Below, piece after piece: positions 1 to 13,037 of a DNA stretch of 64,000 bases; positions within the stretch are counted from its first letter, which is position 1; the number at the start of each line of letters is the position of its first letter. The DNA lies in assembly GCA_028023455.1 (NCBI GenBank), contig JAQFVV010000005.1, positions 20,770,001-20,834,000 of the forward strand, written 5' to 3'. Below the pieces are notes generated by a model, which made no database searches, was not told the origin of the DNA, and worked only from the letters and a program-made list of their open reading frames with translations. The position numbers and the translations under genes were made by a program. Source of the DNA: Epiperipatus broadwayi. Taxonomy: Eukaryota > Animalia > Onychophora.

Positions 1-856
1 GAAATGGTACATGTAAATATAAAATCAATACATAAGAAAAGGAGGAAGAAAAAGAAAATTTATAATCGTATATTGTCTATAGTTATCACTATTAAAACTA
101 AAATAAACCAAATATCAAATTTTATCAAACGTTAAAATATTTCCAAAAATATAAATCTCAATATAGTTGTCAAGAAGCAACATTTTTTCCTCTTATGAGT
201 AAATAAATCATTTCGATAAATTCAGTGATTTTATATTCCAAAATTTCCATGAATTTATGGGAGAAAAATATTATTTTATGTATTGACTGCTGTATTGCAA
301 TAATAAAAAAAGAAACTTTCTTAGACATAGCAAATATTTGTTTAAATCATTTGTTTTTAATTTTTTCAAAGTCATGAAACACTTTTAATTCTAAAAAAAA
401 ATTCGCGGAACACTAAAATCAATAACATATAAATAAACCAAATCGGTTATAAAACAAACAATAAAAATATAAATGAACATATTTTATTAAATATTATAGA
501 TTACAAAGTAATTAAAAAAGAAAACAATTTAAAAAAAAAAAACGATTATTTGTAAAAACGCTAATTGGACTAAAGCATTTGAGTCGGATGTCTTTTACTT
601 ATTCCAATAATATCAGGTCTAAATACTCGATTCAGTATCAGGTTTCCATTTTTTGTACCGTTACGGATAATAAATAATTATTTCAAATGTAACAAATTTT
701 AACCGATGACCAATTGAAAATAATAGTTACTAAAGTTATTTATTAACAAAGAAAAAAAAATTACTGGTTTAAGATGTAAAAGATCAGAAGTTTAAAATGT
801 TAGAATTTAATTATAAACTAAGCCGTTATATACAAATTACAAAAACCGAGGTCTGC

Positions 857-911
857 GCAGCCGCCTTGCAAGCAAGCAGTTGGTTGCACGGGTTCGCCTC
901 CCGGCCGATGC
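857..911 (+). pseudogene. tRNA-Gly(TCC)-like pseudogene or SINE head, 3' two-thirds only
   Basis: GCAGCCGCCTTGCAAGC(AAGC)AGTTGGTTGCACGGGTTCGCCTCCCGGCCGATGC resembles the anticodon arm to acceptor stem of animal tRNA-Gly (GCTGCCTTCCAAGCAGTTGACCCGGGTTCGATTCCCGGCC). The anticodon and T-loop are mutated and the 5' half is absent. Confidence 0.6.
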
Positions 912-1179
912 TATGACATATGGAAAAAAAAAAACGGACTTTGATAAATGCAATGAACGACTATGACGTAAAGAAATACAGATTTAAGTAATTCAGTAAA
1001 AAACGCGAGTTGCAATTTGTCTATATTATAAATTAGTACGCAATTAGTCATTTGAATATTGCTGTCAGTGATGCATCCATTTTGTAATCTTTATAATTTT
1101 TCATGATTTGAATATCTTTATAACAAATTTATGAATAGTAACGTTCTAAGGAACATCATTTAAGAATCATTCATTATTC

Positions 1180-2134
1180 TAAACGAAAAAAAAAAAAAAT
1201 TTTTATTTTATTTTATAAAAATTATTTAATTTTTTAATTTTTATTATATAATATATTTTTTTAAAAAAAATTTATTTTTTATTATAAATAAAATAATTAA
1301 AAAATTATATTTTTATATTTAAAAAAAAAAAAAAAAAAAATAATTAATTTTTTTTTTTTTTTTTTTTTTTTAAAATAAATAAATTTTTTTAAAATATAAA
1401 AAAAAATAAAAAAATAAAATAAATTATATTAAAAATTTAATTTAATTATAATACAAAAACACCAAAAAAAAAATAATAATTATTTTTATATTTTCTAAAA
1501 ATAAAAAAAAAAAAAAAATTAAAATTATATAAAAAAAAAAAAAAAATATAATAAATTTATTATAAAAAAAATTTAAAAAAAAAATATAAAAAAAACACAA
1601 AAAAAAAAATTTTTTTATATTAAAAATAAAAAAAAAAAAATATTTTTATAATCAAAATAAATTTTAAATTATTTTTAAAAATAAAAATAAAAAATTAGTT
1701 TTTAATTTTATATATTTAATAAATAAAAAAAAATAAAAATAAAAAAAAAGATATAATTAATTTAAAAAATATATATTTTTCTTATATTTTAAAACCAAAA
1801 TTAAAAAAAATTTTTTTAAAAAAAAAAACAAAAAAAAATTTAAATAATTTAAATAAAAAAATTTTTTATATATAAAAAAAAATATTTTATTTTTTTTTTT
1901 TTTTTTTTATTTTTTTTTTTAAAATAATTTAATATAAAAAAAAAAACAAAAAATAAAAAAAAAATAAAGAGGGAGATAGAAAAAAAAAATAAATAAATTA
2001 TTAATTAAAAAAAAATGAAAAAAAAAGAAAAATAACAAAAAAAAAATTTTTTATATTTTTTTTTTTTTATTTGGTTGTATAGTAGAAAAAATATATTTAA
2101 TTATCAAAAAAATAATTATCATAATTAAATCTAG

Positions 2135-2167
<33 letters not shown>

Positions 2168-2640
2168 AAGGAAGGCCACCCCTGAGTTAATTTAGAACAG
2201 GGGGGAGGCGGGGCTTGTCTTCTCCCCCCCCCACACCAAAAAAAAAAAGAAGAAAAAAAAAAGAAAAAGCAAACAAAAGGGAAGGAAAACAAAGGAAGGA
2301 AAGAAAAAATAATTTAAAAAAAAAACTACAAATAATTTTTTTTATAATTAAATTATTATATATAAATTATATAAAAAAAAAAAAAAAGATTTTAAAAACA
2401 AACACAAAAAAAAAAAGTAATACAGATTGATTATATAATTTGGGGTTTATATTCAAAGGGGGGGGGGATAGTGATTGGTGTTTATTTTTTCTCTTTTTAT
2501 GAGGGGAGAAAACAAATACACCCTTCTCAAAATAAAAATAAAAAAAAAAAAAACACACCCCAACACCAACAACAACTTAAATAAAAAACAATTTTTTTTA
2601 AAAGGGGAAAAATTAAAAGGGGGTGCCCCCCAAAGGGGCA
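1180..2640. repeat. A/T homopolymer low-complexity tract, probably low-quality sequence
   Basis: Irregular runs of A and T with occasional G/C runs and no periodicity. The ORFs here are poly-K/I/F artefacts. Confidence 0.7.
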
Positions 2641-2840
2641 GCGAGCAAAAAAGGTTGGGAAACGCTGTTCTAAAGCATCATATATCTAGTTTGAAATATA
2701 CTAAATAAAACACGACTAAAGTGACTATAGTGTCTATCCCCCTCCGCTTTTCACATAGGAGCAGCAGAGAAGGCAGAATAGATCAGGAGAAACCACTGCA
2801 AGTTAGTAGTTATTATTTTTTCCTTGTTTATCATTTACAT

Positions 2841-2999
2841 AAAAACAATCTGATGTCTATTTATCATCCACTAACTGGATTGTTAGAATTAACCAGAATT
2901 TGGGCAGTTTATCTGAAAAAAATCCCCAAGTTTGTTTGGAAAGCTTCAATGAAATTCCCAAGTTCTATCCAGATGCAAAAAAGATTTTAAATATAGAAG
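2841..2999 (+). CDS. Candidate internal coding exon of an unidentified gene (phase 1-1)
   Basis: Open 159-nt frame KQSDVYLSSTNWIVRINQNLGSLSEKNPQVCLESFNEIPKFYPDAKKILNIE ending at donor GAAG|GTGAAT. It is preceded by a polypyrimidine tract that ends TTTACAT rather than TTTACAG. Confidence 0.25.
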
Positions 3000-4255
3000 G
3001 TGAATATAATACTTAAAATGCTAATGTAATTCCAAATACTGTTTCTTCTCTTTTATGTTTCTAAATTCAGAGCAGGTTTTTAGTTCAGTAAAAAGAAAAG
3101 TTTAGGAAAGAATAAAATATATATATTTAGTGAAAAATAAAGAAAAATGAGTCATTGAATGATGAAAATGACAAGAAGAGATAAACTGAAAACAATTAAA
3201 GAAAAAAAGGATTGTGGTGAAAAATTAGAGAGAGAGGGAGAAATTATAAACCATATCTTTGGCCATTCAAAAAAACAATGTAGAATGCTTTTAAAGATTT
3301 CACTTAAATGTGAAGTCTTGAAAAAAGAAAAAGACAAAATTATTTTGGGATGATATTAAAATGGAAAATATCTACTACATGATCAAAAATCTGGACATAT
3401 TATTACAATAAGCCTTTAACCAAGAAACATCTTGATTGAGATGTTTATATATAAAAATTATATTACCACAGCCTTCACGCTAAAATAAATTAATATAATA
3501 TTTAACATCTTATTGCCAAGGCAACATTACAACTAGAAAATAGAATTCCATTTACTTTCCAGTTGTAATGTTGATTTGACTACAGATTGATGTTATCCTT
3601 TAATTGTTTGTTTAAGCATAAGATCTGTGATGATAAACATCTAATAATTAATTAATGCCCATAGCTAATCTATATACACATTTTTTAATATATATACATA
3701 TTGTAATGATTTGTTTTATTTTGACTACAATCCCTCATAATATCTATCAGGCTTTTTCAATAAGCATTGGTTTCTGCCCACAGCTGATTGCAGGAAGATT
3801 TTATCATTAGTAAAAATCACCACTGTTCTATACGTTATTAATTTTGAAACATTAAATAATTTAGCTAATCAAGACACGTCTAAAAATTCTGATTATTGGA
3901 TGGGTCTTTTGCTTTAGACAATTCGAATATACTCTTAAAAGACTATAGTAATTGTAGTTAAATGGTCCACATTTCCAAAAGAGTTAATGACTACTTTCAC
4001 AAGAGCGATATGTAATTGCAAAAGGGTTATTCTAGTAACTAAACATTCTAGACTTAAAAGGGTTAATCAATAAATAAATGCTGCTAGTACTTTCCTTTTA
4101 AAGGTTTAACTTTTTTTTTAAAGTTTTATTCATATCCCTAGAAGGTATATACCACACACACACGCACACATACACATAATTTATAGCCCTAAAAGCATTA
4201 TTTGAAAATGAGTAAAAATTTCATAATTAATATTTTTACTTTCCTCTCCTCCCAG

Positions 4256-4332
4256 ATCAAACAAGGTGGAAATTCAACAAATTACATCATTTACTGAAAG
4301 CAATCAACTCAAATTTAACTCACACCAGCTGA
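4256..4332 (+). CDS. Candidate terminal coding exon, in phase with 2841-2999
   Basis: Strong acceptor TTTCCTCTCCTCCCAG|. It continues in phase 1 as DQTRWKFNKLHHLLKAINSNLTHTS*. AATAAA occurs about 30-50 nt downstream. Confidence 0.25.
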
Positions 4333-5890
4333 TGAAGATTATTCAAAGTTAAAAGAAATATTGGAATAAATTTTTCCCTAATAAAAAAATGATTTATAAC
4401 TTAAGACTTAAAAAAAAAAAAAAAAAAAGACTCATGCAACCATAAAAACCTGACATTTTAAAACAATTTCAAATAATAGCCAAACCCTTTTAGTGACATT
4501 TAGATCTTGAAAGCTCTTGTTATATATATATATAAATAAATAGTAATAGCTACACACATATAAATTAAAGATTCATTATACAGCAAAGAAACTCCCTACC
4601 TAGAATAAAACAACAGAAGGGCAACCCATATGAGGCAGTAGATAAGAAAGAATACTCATACAAAGAAATATAAAAATAAGCTGAATATGAAAAAGTTATT
4701 TAGTAGCATCATGCAAAACAAAATCATCTCATTAAAGTGTATTCAAAAGCAAAAGATGTTTAAAACACATCATCTGCAACTCTAACAAGATGAAGAGAGA
4801 CATGGCATCAAATGGTAAAGAGAAATATGATTACAACCCTTTATGTATAGCTATGCTAGTCCAAACAACAAACTGTATCTAAATTTGTAAAAAAAAAAAA
4901 AAGTCTTCAAAATCTTTATATGGAAGAATCATTATTATGATCAAAGATGTTTTAAAATTGGCTGATGCAGAGAGATCTTCCTTGGTGGAACATAATTATA
5001 AAAGTTGTTTTCTTCAAAAATAAATGGTAAATGAGACAGCTTTGATTAGTGTAATATCACAGCAAATGCAACCAATCATTTACGCCTTCATCTTAAAGTC
5101 ATTTGTACATCTTTCTTTCACAAACTGCACGAGTTCTGTGAGTTCTCACTTTTTTCAATAAATTTAAATATTTTCTTAGCCAATTTATGAAAGCAACATA
5201 GATTTAACAATGACAAGGACATATTTCAATTTGTGTTGTAAGCTGAAGCAGTATTTGATGTTTTTGAAATTTCTTGAAGGTCCAATTTAACTTTTGTTCA
5301 AATGAATGGCTTACTTTTAACTACTAATCACAATCAACAAATGTGAAAATATATGTTACTTGCTTTGGATTTTATATGAAGTTAAGGATCAGATGTGATA
5401 CAGCAGATGCCATGATCCATGAACTTTGAACTCTAAAGTCTGCTACTCTATTACACCTAAACCATTCATAGTGATTAAATTTCTGAAACTGTATAAATGA
5501 TCTAGTTATGATTCCTTTTTCTAGTCATAGTCATTAGATTCTGATTCAAAAAATAATAATTCACTATAAATAAATGTCTCAAGTAAATCAGAAGTAAAAA
5601 TTTTCCCTCAAAAATTTATGCTAAGATTCCATGTTTGTCTACGTTGCAGTAAGCCTTGCAAAGCTTTTCCAAATTTAAAAAAAATATGATTGAGTTTTTT
5701 ATTACAAAAAGAGTTATAATTACTCTTTGCGGCAATAATAATTTACAATATTTTCTAAATTTAATGCAAATTGTATTCATGAAATAATTCTCCCTTTCTT
5801 CTACTATTTTTTCTGCATTGGTTATATTAGTTCTAATATAAGAAGCAATAACATTCCTTTATGCACTCAGCATAAGCAATGTCTTTCAGT

Positions 5891-6210
5891 TTAAAACAGG
5901 CAAAACTCTCCATACATAGTTCCACTCAGTGCAAGCCAGAGTAGTCAATGTATGCAAGAAGCTTGTGGCTTTCATCAGTGAGGAGTCTTGGATCTGAGAG
6001 CATTACACCTAGAACTTAGGATCTCATGCAACCCTCCAGCAGCCACCTTTTATCTCTATTTAACTGCAAAACTCTGAATCTAAAATTGAAAACATAATAC
6101 TCTCAATCCAAGCTCATTAGCTTATATAGTCATATAGGTCTAAAATCAGTTCAATACCCATATATTGTCTTTAGTTCTTTAATAACTATAGCCACCACTA
6201 TCCTATTATG
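5891..6210 (-). mobile_element. Partial copy of the ~450-bp hammerhead-containing repeat (internal deletion removes the GAAAC half)
   Basis: Colinear by eye with 53361-53880. The deletion joins two GCTTGTG microhomologies. Confidence 0.85.
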
Positions 6211-6309
6211 CAATCTCTATTTAAACACCAATTCAATATTAAAGTTTGACTATAAATGTATTACCAATTTAATTGAAGCCTTATTTGAATTAGCTTAATG
6301 TTAATAGTA

Positions 6310-6440
6310 AGTATAGGGAATTTGAACTCAGATTTTCAAGCACTCTTCAACTATCCACACTATCCCATACAACTGATACACATGACCACACACATGTAGA
6401 AAAGATAAATAATCACCGATATACATATTTCATGCTAAAT
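6310..6440 (-). mobile_element. Copy of HHR + tRNA-like repeat family (partial)
   Basis: Similar to 8665-8820 and 39608-39750. The minus strand has AGCATGAAATATGTATATCGG followed by a B-box-like GAGTTCAAATTCCC. Confidence 0.6.
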
Positions 6441-7809
6441 GTTAATAGATAAGACAAAGCTTCATTTTAACAGAAATTGAGTTGATTTCATGGGATCACA
6501 ACTGATTTCAGACTGCTGATGACATTGGTTGTGACAGAAATATACATTCAGCAGACAGTAGACGAGTTTTTCATCAAATATTACCATTTAAAAGATTGTG
6601 AAAATTTTCAATAAAGAGCATAAGTTAAAAATTAACATTGATATCATTATACATTTGCATTCAGTAACAGAAATGTGACACTATACTTAAAAAATAAATA
6701 AATATTAGTATAGTAAAAAAATAACCATATAAAATTTTTTCTAAGTCTGCTACCTTCACAGAAATCTCCCACCCATACACTTCAGATACATTCAAACACA
6801 TTAACTAAAAGATAAACTGTCATTGGAAAAAGAATATCAAATAGTTGACAGATCATGAAATATTCAGTACCAGAAATGCTAGATTTGAGCTTAAATTGAG
6901 GGACATTAGCTATTGAGTCCATCATTCTACCACTTCCTTGTATTACACAAGACATTATTCTTGAAAAATGATATACAGGTCAAAGACCAGACTGATATAC
7001 AAGAAAAAATTTATTAGGCTTTTGGTATTAAACCACATCATTTATTAGTTATTCACAATTTTAGTTTTAGTTGTTTCCTGTTTAAAGTTGTAAATAAATT
7101 TTAAAAAAAGTCTCTTGTAAATAAATTTTAAAAAAAGTCTATGGATAATACTTACAAGTTTGGATTTTAATATGAATGTTATTAATCTTCTGTGGAAAGT
7201 AGATTGTGGAGTCAGTTGATATTAAAGAAATAATTCACACATCAATCACAGTTGAGGTCAGATTAAAAAAAATAATACTATTTAGAAATTATATATTAAA
7301 CAAATAAATTAAATTTATAATCATCAAAAAATTATTTCAATGATCATTTTTCTTTATTCAAAGATATTAAGTTAAAAGTTAAACTTTTATAATTTACCAA
7401 TTAAATCGTAATGCCCTACCAACCCTAGGTTTTCTAAGAGATATACATACAGTTCTTCATGCAAGTAGATCTGATATTGTTGATATGCCATAGAGAAGAT
7501 GAAATGATTGACCACATATTAAATCAGTGATGTGTTTGCAAACTACTGAGACAGAATGTTTGGTGCTCTCTTAATGGACTTTTGGGTCAATTTCAATATT
7601 GCTAATTTTTCTCATGATGTCTTTCTTATTACTTATCACTTTCATTTTGTTTGTCATTTTGATGCACTAGATGTATATTGGTACATGACTAAAAGCCCAT
7701 AAAGTTATCTACTTGATTCTTTAAGTGTGAAATTATATAACCATACTTGGGCAGGATGAGACTAAAGACAGGAATAATTCCTGGATTCCTTTTTCCATTG
7801 ATAAAATAG

Positions 7810-8258
7810 TTCACATGACCATCATTTCCTATGCTCACCCAATTTGTTAAAACAGTAGCAACACTCTCCAAACAGATGTACCATTTTAGTGATTTAATAC
7901 CAATCCTAGCAAAAGGTGATATAACTGTGGTTATTAAAAAAACAAAGACACCAAAATGTACAGATATTGAACTGGGTTCAGATCTGTATGATTATGCAAG
8001 TGAATAAGCTTAGATTAAAATATTGTCATCATTTTGGGCTCATGGCTGCTGGAGAGTTGCATTAGATCCAAAAGTCTAGATGCAGTGTTCTCAGACCCAT
8101 GACTTTTCACTAATGAAGGTCACAAGTTGGAAACCAGTCTGGTGATATTGGATGAATAGGCACTAGATAGTGATTTTGATGCATAAACCCTCTAGTATCT
8201 ATTGATTACTATGGCTTTTTCCTGGATGGCATTATTATTTGGAAAAAAATTGCTACAG
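7810..8258. mobile_element. Diverged foldback copy of the ~450-bp HHR repeat
   Basis: 7810-7885 matches the TCACATGATCACC...AACAGGCAAAACTCTCC segment. 8041-8258 is the opposite orientation with a degenerate HHR (CTAATGA AGGTCACAAGTTG GAAACCAGTC TGGTGATATTGGAT). Confidence 0.75.
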
Positions 8259-8664
8259 GTCTATAAAAATACTTTCCTATATTGTAAATATATTCTTATT
8301 GTATTCACTAAATATTAATTCTGTCATATTTTTTCTGCTGTTATGTATAAGCCTTCATAAAATTCATTAAAATTATTGTTAAAAGATAAATTAACATCAA
8401 CTGTAAATCCCTAACTTTTATAAGTGCAGGCAGTTTTTGTTAGGGAGGAGATGCAAAATTTATTTATTAATTACAAAATATGTGGAGTGCATAGAAACTC
8501 TTAATAAATTTTGCACATCACCCTCTTCAATTCCACCTTTCTTATTTCATGCATTTACATATCTCAACCACAATTTAAGCTAGTCTTGCCAAAATAATAT
8601 TTTTTAAATAATATTATTATTTAAATACAAGTATTATATATATATATACTTAAACTAGATGTAA

Positions 8665-8820
8665 TTAATGGGGATTTGAATCCAGACTTTCAAGTTTCCT
8701 TCAGTCATCCACTCTATCTTATATAACCAATACACATAAACACATGTGTGTAAAAAAAGATAAATGATCTCCAATACATATATTTTGTTCTGAATCAGCA
8801 TTCATCAGTTGGTCCAGATC
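8665..8820 (-). mobile_element. HHR + tRNA-like (Pol III A/B box) repeat copy
   Basis: Minus strand CCAA CTGATGA ATGCTGATTCAGAAC AAAATATATGT A TTGG (8812-8771), followed by TAGAGTGG (A-box-like) and GGATTCAAATCCC (B-box-like, 8683-8671). Confidence 0.6.
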
Positions 8821-11800
8821 ATCATCTCCCATATATATATATATTGTAGATATATATATAGTATTCAATTATTTAAAAAAAATTTTTTTTATTCTTTTAT
8901 ACATACAGAGATTTATATGTATAGATTTATTATTATGAATAAGCAGTTCTTTTTGTGATTTATTATATAATATTTTTTTTATTAAATAATATGTGTTAAA
9001 TTTATTTAACTTTCATTTTGTTAAAATAGAGTAAATCAGAAAAGTGTGAAATAAGGCAATTAAGATTGTTAGATAAGGAGATAAAAAAATGTACACGTGT
9101 GAAACAATGAATACATCTGTACAAACACAAAGATGCTTTTACACTTATTCCTGATGGCTATAGATTCCAGGTTTGTTGTTATCTGTATCTTAAGATTATT
9201 TTTACAAAAGAGGTGCTTTGATGTAGATAACGATAGCGATCAATTATAAGTCTTTATTGATTGTGACCGACGTCAAACTTGTGAAGCTTTGATTTTTTTT
9301 TAAGATAAAGATTTCCAGATGTTTTTTTTTCTTTGGTTGAAATTCGCGATATAAATGATTGAAACAATTTTTTTAATCAGTCAGTCATAAATTTTTTTAA
9401 AGAGATGATCAGTTAGTCTTAAATTTTTTTAGAGAGAGAGTCACTCAGTTTATTATTTTGAGACTCAACTCAGTCGGTCCTTCCTTGTTATTATTCTTAA
9501 GCAGAAATGTAAGCTCTGATTTTTTTTTTTAAAAGAGAGTGAACGCTTTAATTTTTTTTTTCACTCCTTGAAAGTTGAAAAAAAAGAGCAAATGAAATGT
9601 GCGTTTATATAAAGCAATTTCCAGCAATATTAAAGAAGAGGAGAGAAATGGAACAAGATTGAATTTATTATAAGTTAGTAATAATTATAAAAATGATATT
9701 AACATATTTGGTTATGCATAATACTATGCCTCTGCATTGCTAAACCATTTTTTCTGCTTCCTGGTTAATACAGAATGAGTCAAAATCGCTGATCTGTCTA
9801 TGAAGTCATGTATCCAGTAATAACCAACAAAATGATAGATTTTGAAGCCAACCACACAAGCTATATGGAATGCTTTGTTTCTAGTTCCTGGCTTATTAAA
9901 AGCTCATTACCTTCGAATGAATGGAGAAGAGGAAATAGGAGGAAAAGAAAATCTATAACAGCCATGTAGAACCAAGTTTGAAGCCATAAATCAAATTTTT
10001 GTTGATTTACCTCAATCATCTAAAGTGTCAACAGCAATTATTTTTTTAAAGGAGAGAGACAAGCAAATCCACCGGTACCTACTTATTCAAAGTACTTATA
10101 ATAACTTTTTTTTAAATGGTAGAAGGAAGCCAATCAACAGTGAATAATAATGGAATTGAAGAAACAAGCAAAGTCAATTGATTCAGCATTATCTTAAAAG
10201 TATCTGCAATAACTTTCTTTTTTGTTGTTGTTGTTGTTGGTGAGCAAAGAAAAGCAGTCTGAAAATTCAAACTCAGGACATTAATAAGAAGTAAAAAGTA
10301 GACGGGTAAATATGAACTTTCTTTAACCGATTTTATTCTTTTACTTATTAAAAGTAAACCTTAATTTACTGGTCAAAGCAATTTTCTTTTTTTGATACAG
10401 AAACATTAAAGACTTGTTTATCTATAGTTATTTGCAATATCTCACAACATAGCACAAACATAGTTTAAATCTTTAAACTTAAATTTTTCATTATTTTTTT
10501 TTTTATTATATATTGTAATGTTGAAATGTTTTTTTTTTTAAATTGTTCTTCAGTTGTTAATGATAATGAGCAACCTATAGATATATGCATTTATAATGTT
10601 TTTTTATTTTTATTTTATCTTGTTGCATATTAAAAATTAATATATGTATTTTATTTTCTTTCGCTATAAGGTTGCAAAAGAAAAAGATATTTTTATATAT
10701 GTAATTTATGGGTATACATTTTAAACATATATGTTAACATTACCGAATGCGTGAATGTGTAACTGCTTATCCAAACACATCAAAGAATAGGTTATATATG
10801 ATTAGTTTAAAATGGTAAATTAAAAAGTAGGGCATTACATTTGAATGGAAATGAAATAACATATACAAGTTACACCTGAAATTTATTTTATGATATGATA
10901 AGTAAGAAAAGTCTTAAATAAGCATTTATAGAATATGTATTTTTTTTTCTAATATTGATTTAAGTCAGCTTATTTTGAGATATCAAGAAAAGTGACAAAC
11001 CTATATATTAAGTTTATTTGCTTATACTTATATAAATTTTTATATTAATAAGCCATTTATTTAATTGTCGATTTGACTTTAAAGAAGGAAAGAAAGAGTA
11101 GTAGTGTTAATAAAATATAATTATATATCTTAATTGGTTTCCGAGTTATTATTAAGAATATTGTGTTTTTTTTTTTTTGTCTTAATTCTATCATTTTAAT
11201 TCATCATCATTGCTCGCAGTTATTAAGTATTACCATTCGTATATATTGAGCAATCACTTGCAAATATTAAGCGTCCGCAAAATAATAGGTAAACTAGAAT
11301 GTTGATATTTAAGTATTTAAGGATTATGCTTGAGAATAACCAAATTTTGATAATTATAGTTCAACATAGAAAGCTAAAATTGTGTTGTGTCCATGAATTT
11401 AGATCATCCTCATCAAAGATGGATATCATGTTATTAGTTAAAAATGTTTCAAATAATACTATATAAAAGTTATGATCGCCATCAATCATCATTAATAAAT
11501 TATAATCATTAAATTTAATGTTTAGCGTAATGAATATATTTTAGTAAATAGGGGTTTATAGAAAATTGAATATTATGCAAAGAAGATTCATGATGATCAA
11601 TCATCACCATTAGTATTATTAAATCCCAGTATGAAATAGGATAATTTTAATAGATGCCTATAAGTTTATAAAGATGAATTTATTGTTGTGAGTTTATTGA
11701 TAAGCCATGGCTGGTATCATCATCACTATTATAATCATTATTATGATATCACTATTATTATCATTATTATGATATTATTATCATCATCATCATTATTACC

Positions 11801-12872
11801 TTTATTGTGATAAATAATCTAGTTAAATGGCCATCAATATCAATAATGGTCTTCACATGCTTGTTTGGAAGCCATTAATAGGATTATACATGTCTGTTCA
11901 TCAATATACGCTAATGAGCTAGCAATGTCTATAAGAATCTTTGATCTATAGTATAAACTTTGGTAATATTGGGATCTTGTAATTTTATCAATATAGATAA
12001 AATGTAAGAATGTCATTTTTGTTCAATAGTCATCCAAGTCATGTGTAATAAATATGTACTGAATGAGTTTGAACTCAAGTACACTATAAATAGATACTTA
12101 TCTAGATTGAAAACAATCTAGTGGCGCTCATGGGAAAACACATGTACTTAGCTAAACTGAATAAAGAGTGATATCATCCCTTTCCAACTTCATAATATTA
12201 GTTTTATAAAATATATTTTTTTATAAGTTGTCATGAATAGCACCCGTGTGTGCATATGACCATGAATGGTCTTATATATTTGGAAAGAAGGATAGGAAGG
12301 ATTCTTTGTTAGAAGAACCTAGTATTGGAGATAAGCATAAGGCACTCCAGGAATCTCACAGTGGGTACTTTTATTCAGTTGCTATATTTAATATTATTTT
12401 TATTAGATGACAATGGCCAGTATGTTTTATTGTTCAGATGACTGCCCCAATATATAAATAAATACCAAGAATCTTTAATGCTGATATTTTCAAGTGGCAC
12501 AGTGATTCTATAATTTCTTTATCTATGCTATGATGAATTAATATAGTTACAAATGGTACAGATTGGATAGGCATATATCTAATAATTAATAATTTCCCCT
12601 ATCTAAATATTTATTATGGTTACAAATGTGACATATTAAAATAGCTACAAATTATAATTACAAATACATATTTATATTAATTTATAAATATTGTTACAAT
12701 ATATATATAATCACAGTTCAGTTTATATTAAGATAGCAAATTTTCAAACTTCAATGCACAGGCTTCAATCTTCTCCACCCTCCAATTCTTTAACCATCCA
12801 TATAATTAATTAAAGAATAAAAAATATAAACTTTCCTCTTTGTTTTAATAATGTTATCTATTGAAAAGCATA

Positions 12873-13037
12873 TTTCATGAATCCAGCAAATCTCTTGGCA
12901 AAAAGCATTTAATTCAAACAATACATTCTTGTATCATCATCAGTGTAATCTTCTGAAAAGAAAATTTCATGATTCCAGTAAATCTCTTGGCAAAGAGCAA
13001 TGAATTCAAACAATACGTATTTATATCATCATCAGTG
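12873..13037. repeat. Diverged direct duplication, period about 92 bp
   Basis: TTTCATGA(A/T)TCCAG(C/T)AAATCTCTTGGCAAA...TATCATCATCAGTG occurs twice. Confidence 0.8.

Noticed and set aside
2215-2708. Short K/F/I-rich ORFs
   Set aside because: They arise from homopolymer-rich, probably low-quality sequence.
6510-6556. CTG CTGATGA ... GAAATATACATT CAG
   Set aside because: Helix II does not pair and helix I is only 3 bp.
12873-13037. CTGATGA followed by a hairpin on the minus strand of the ~92-bp duplication
   Set aside because: No GAAA after the hairpin and no helix I/III, so it was not called an HHR.
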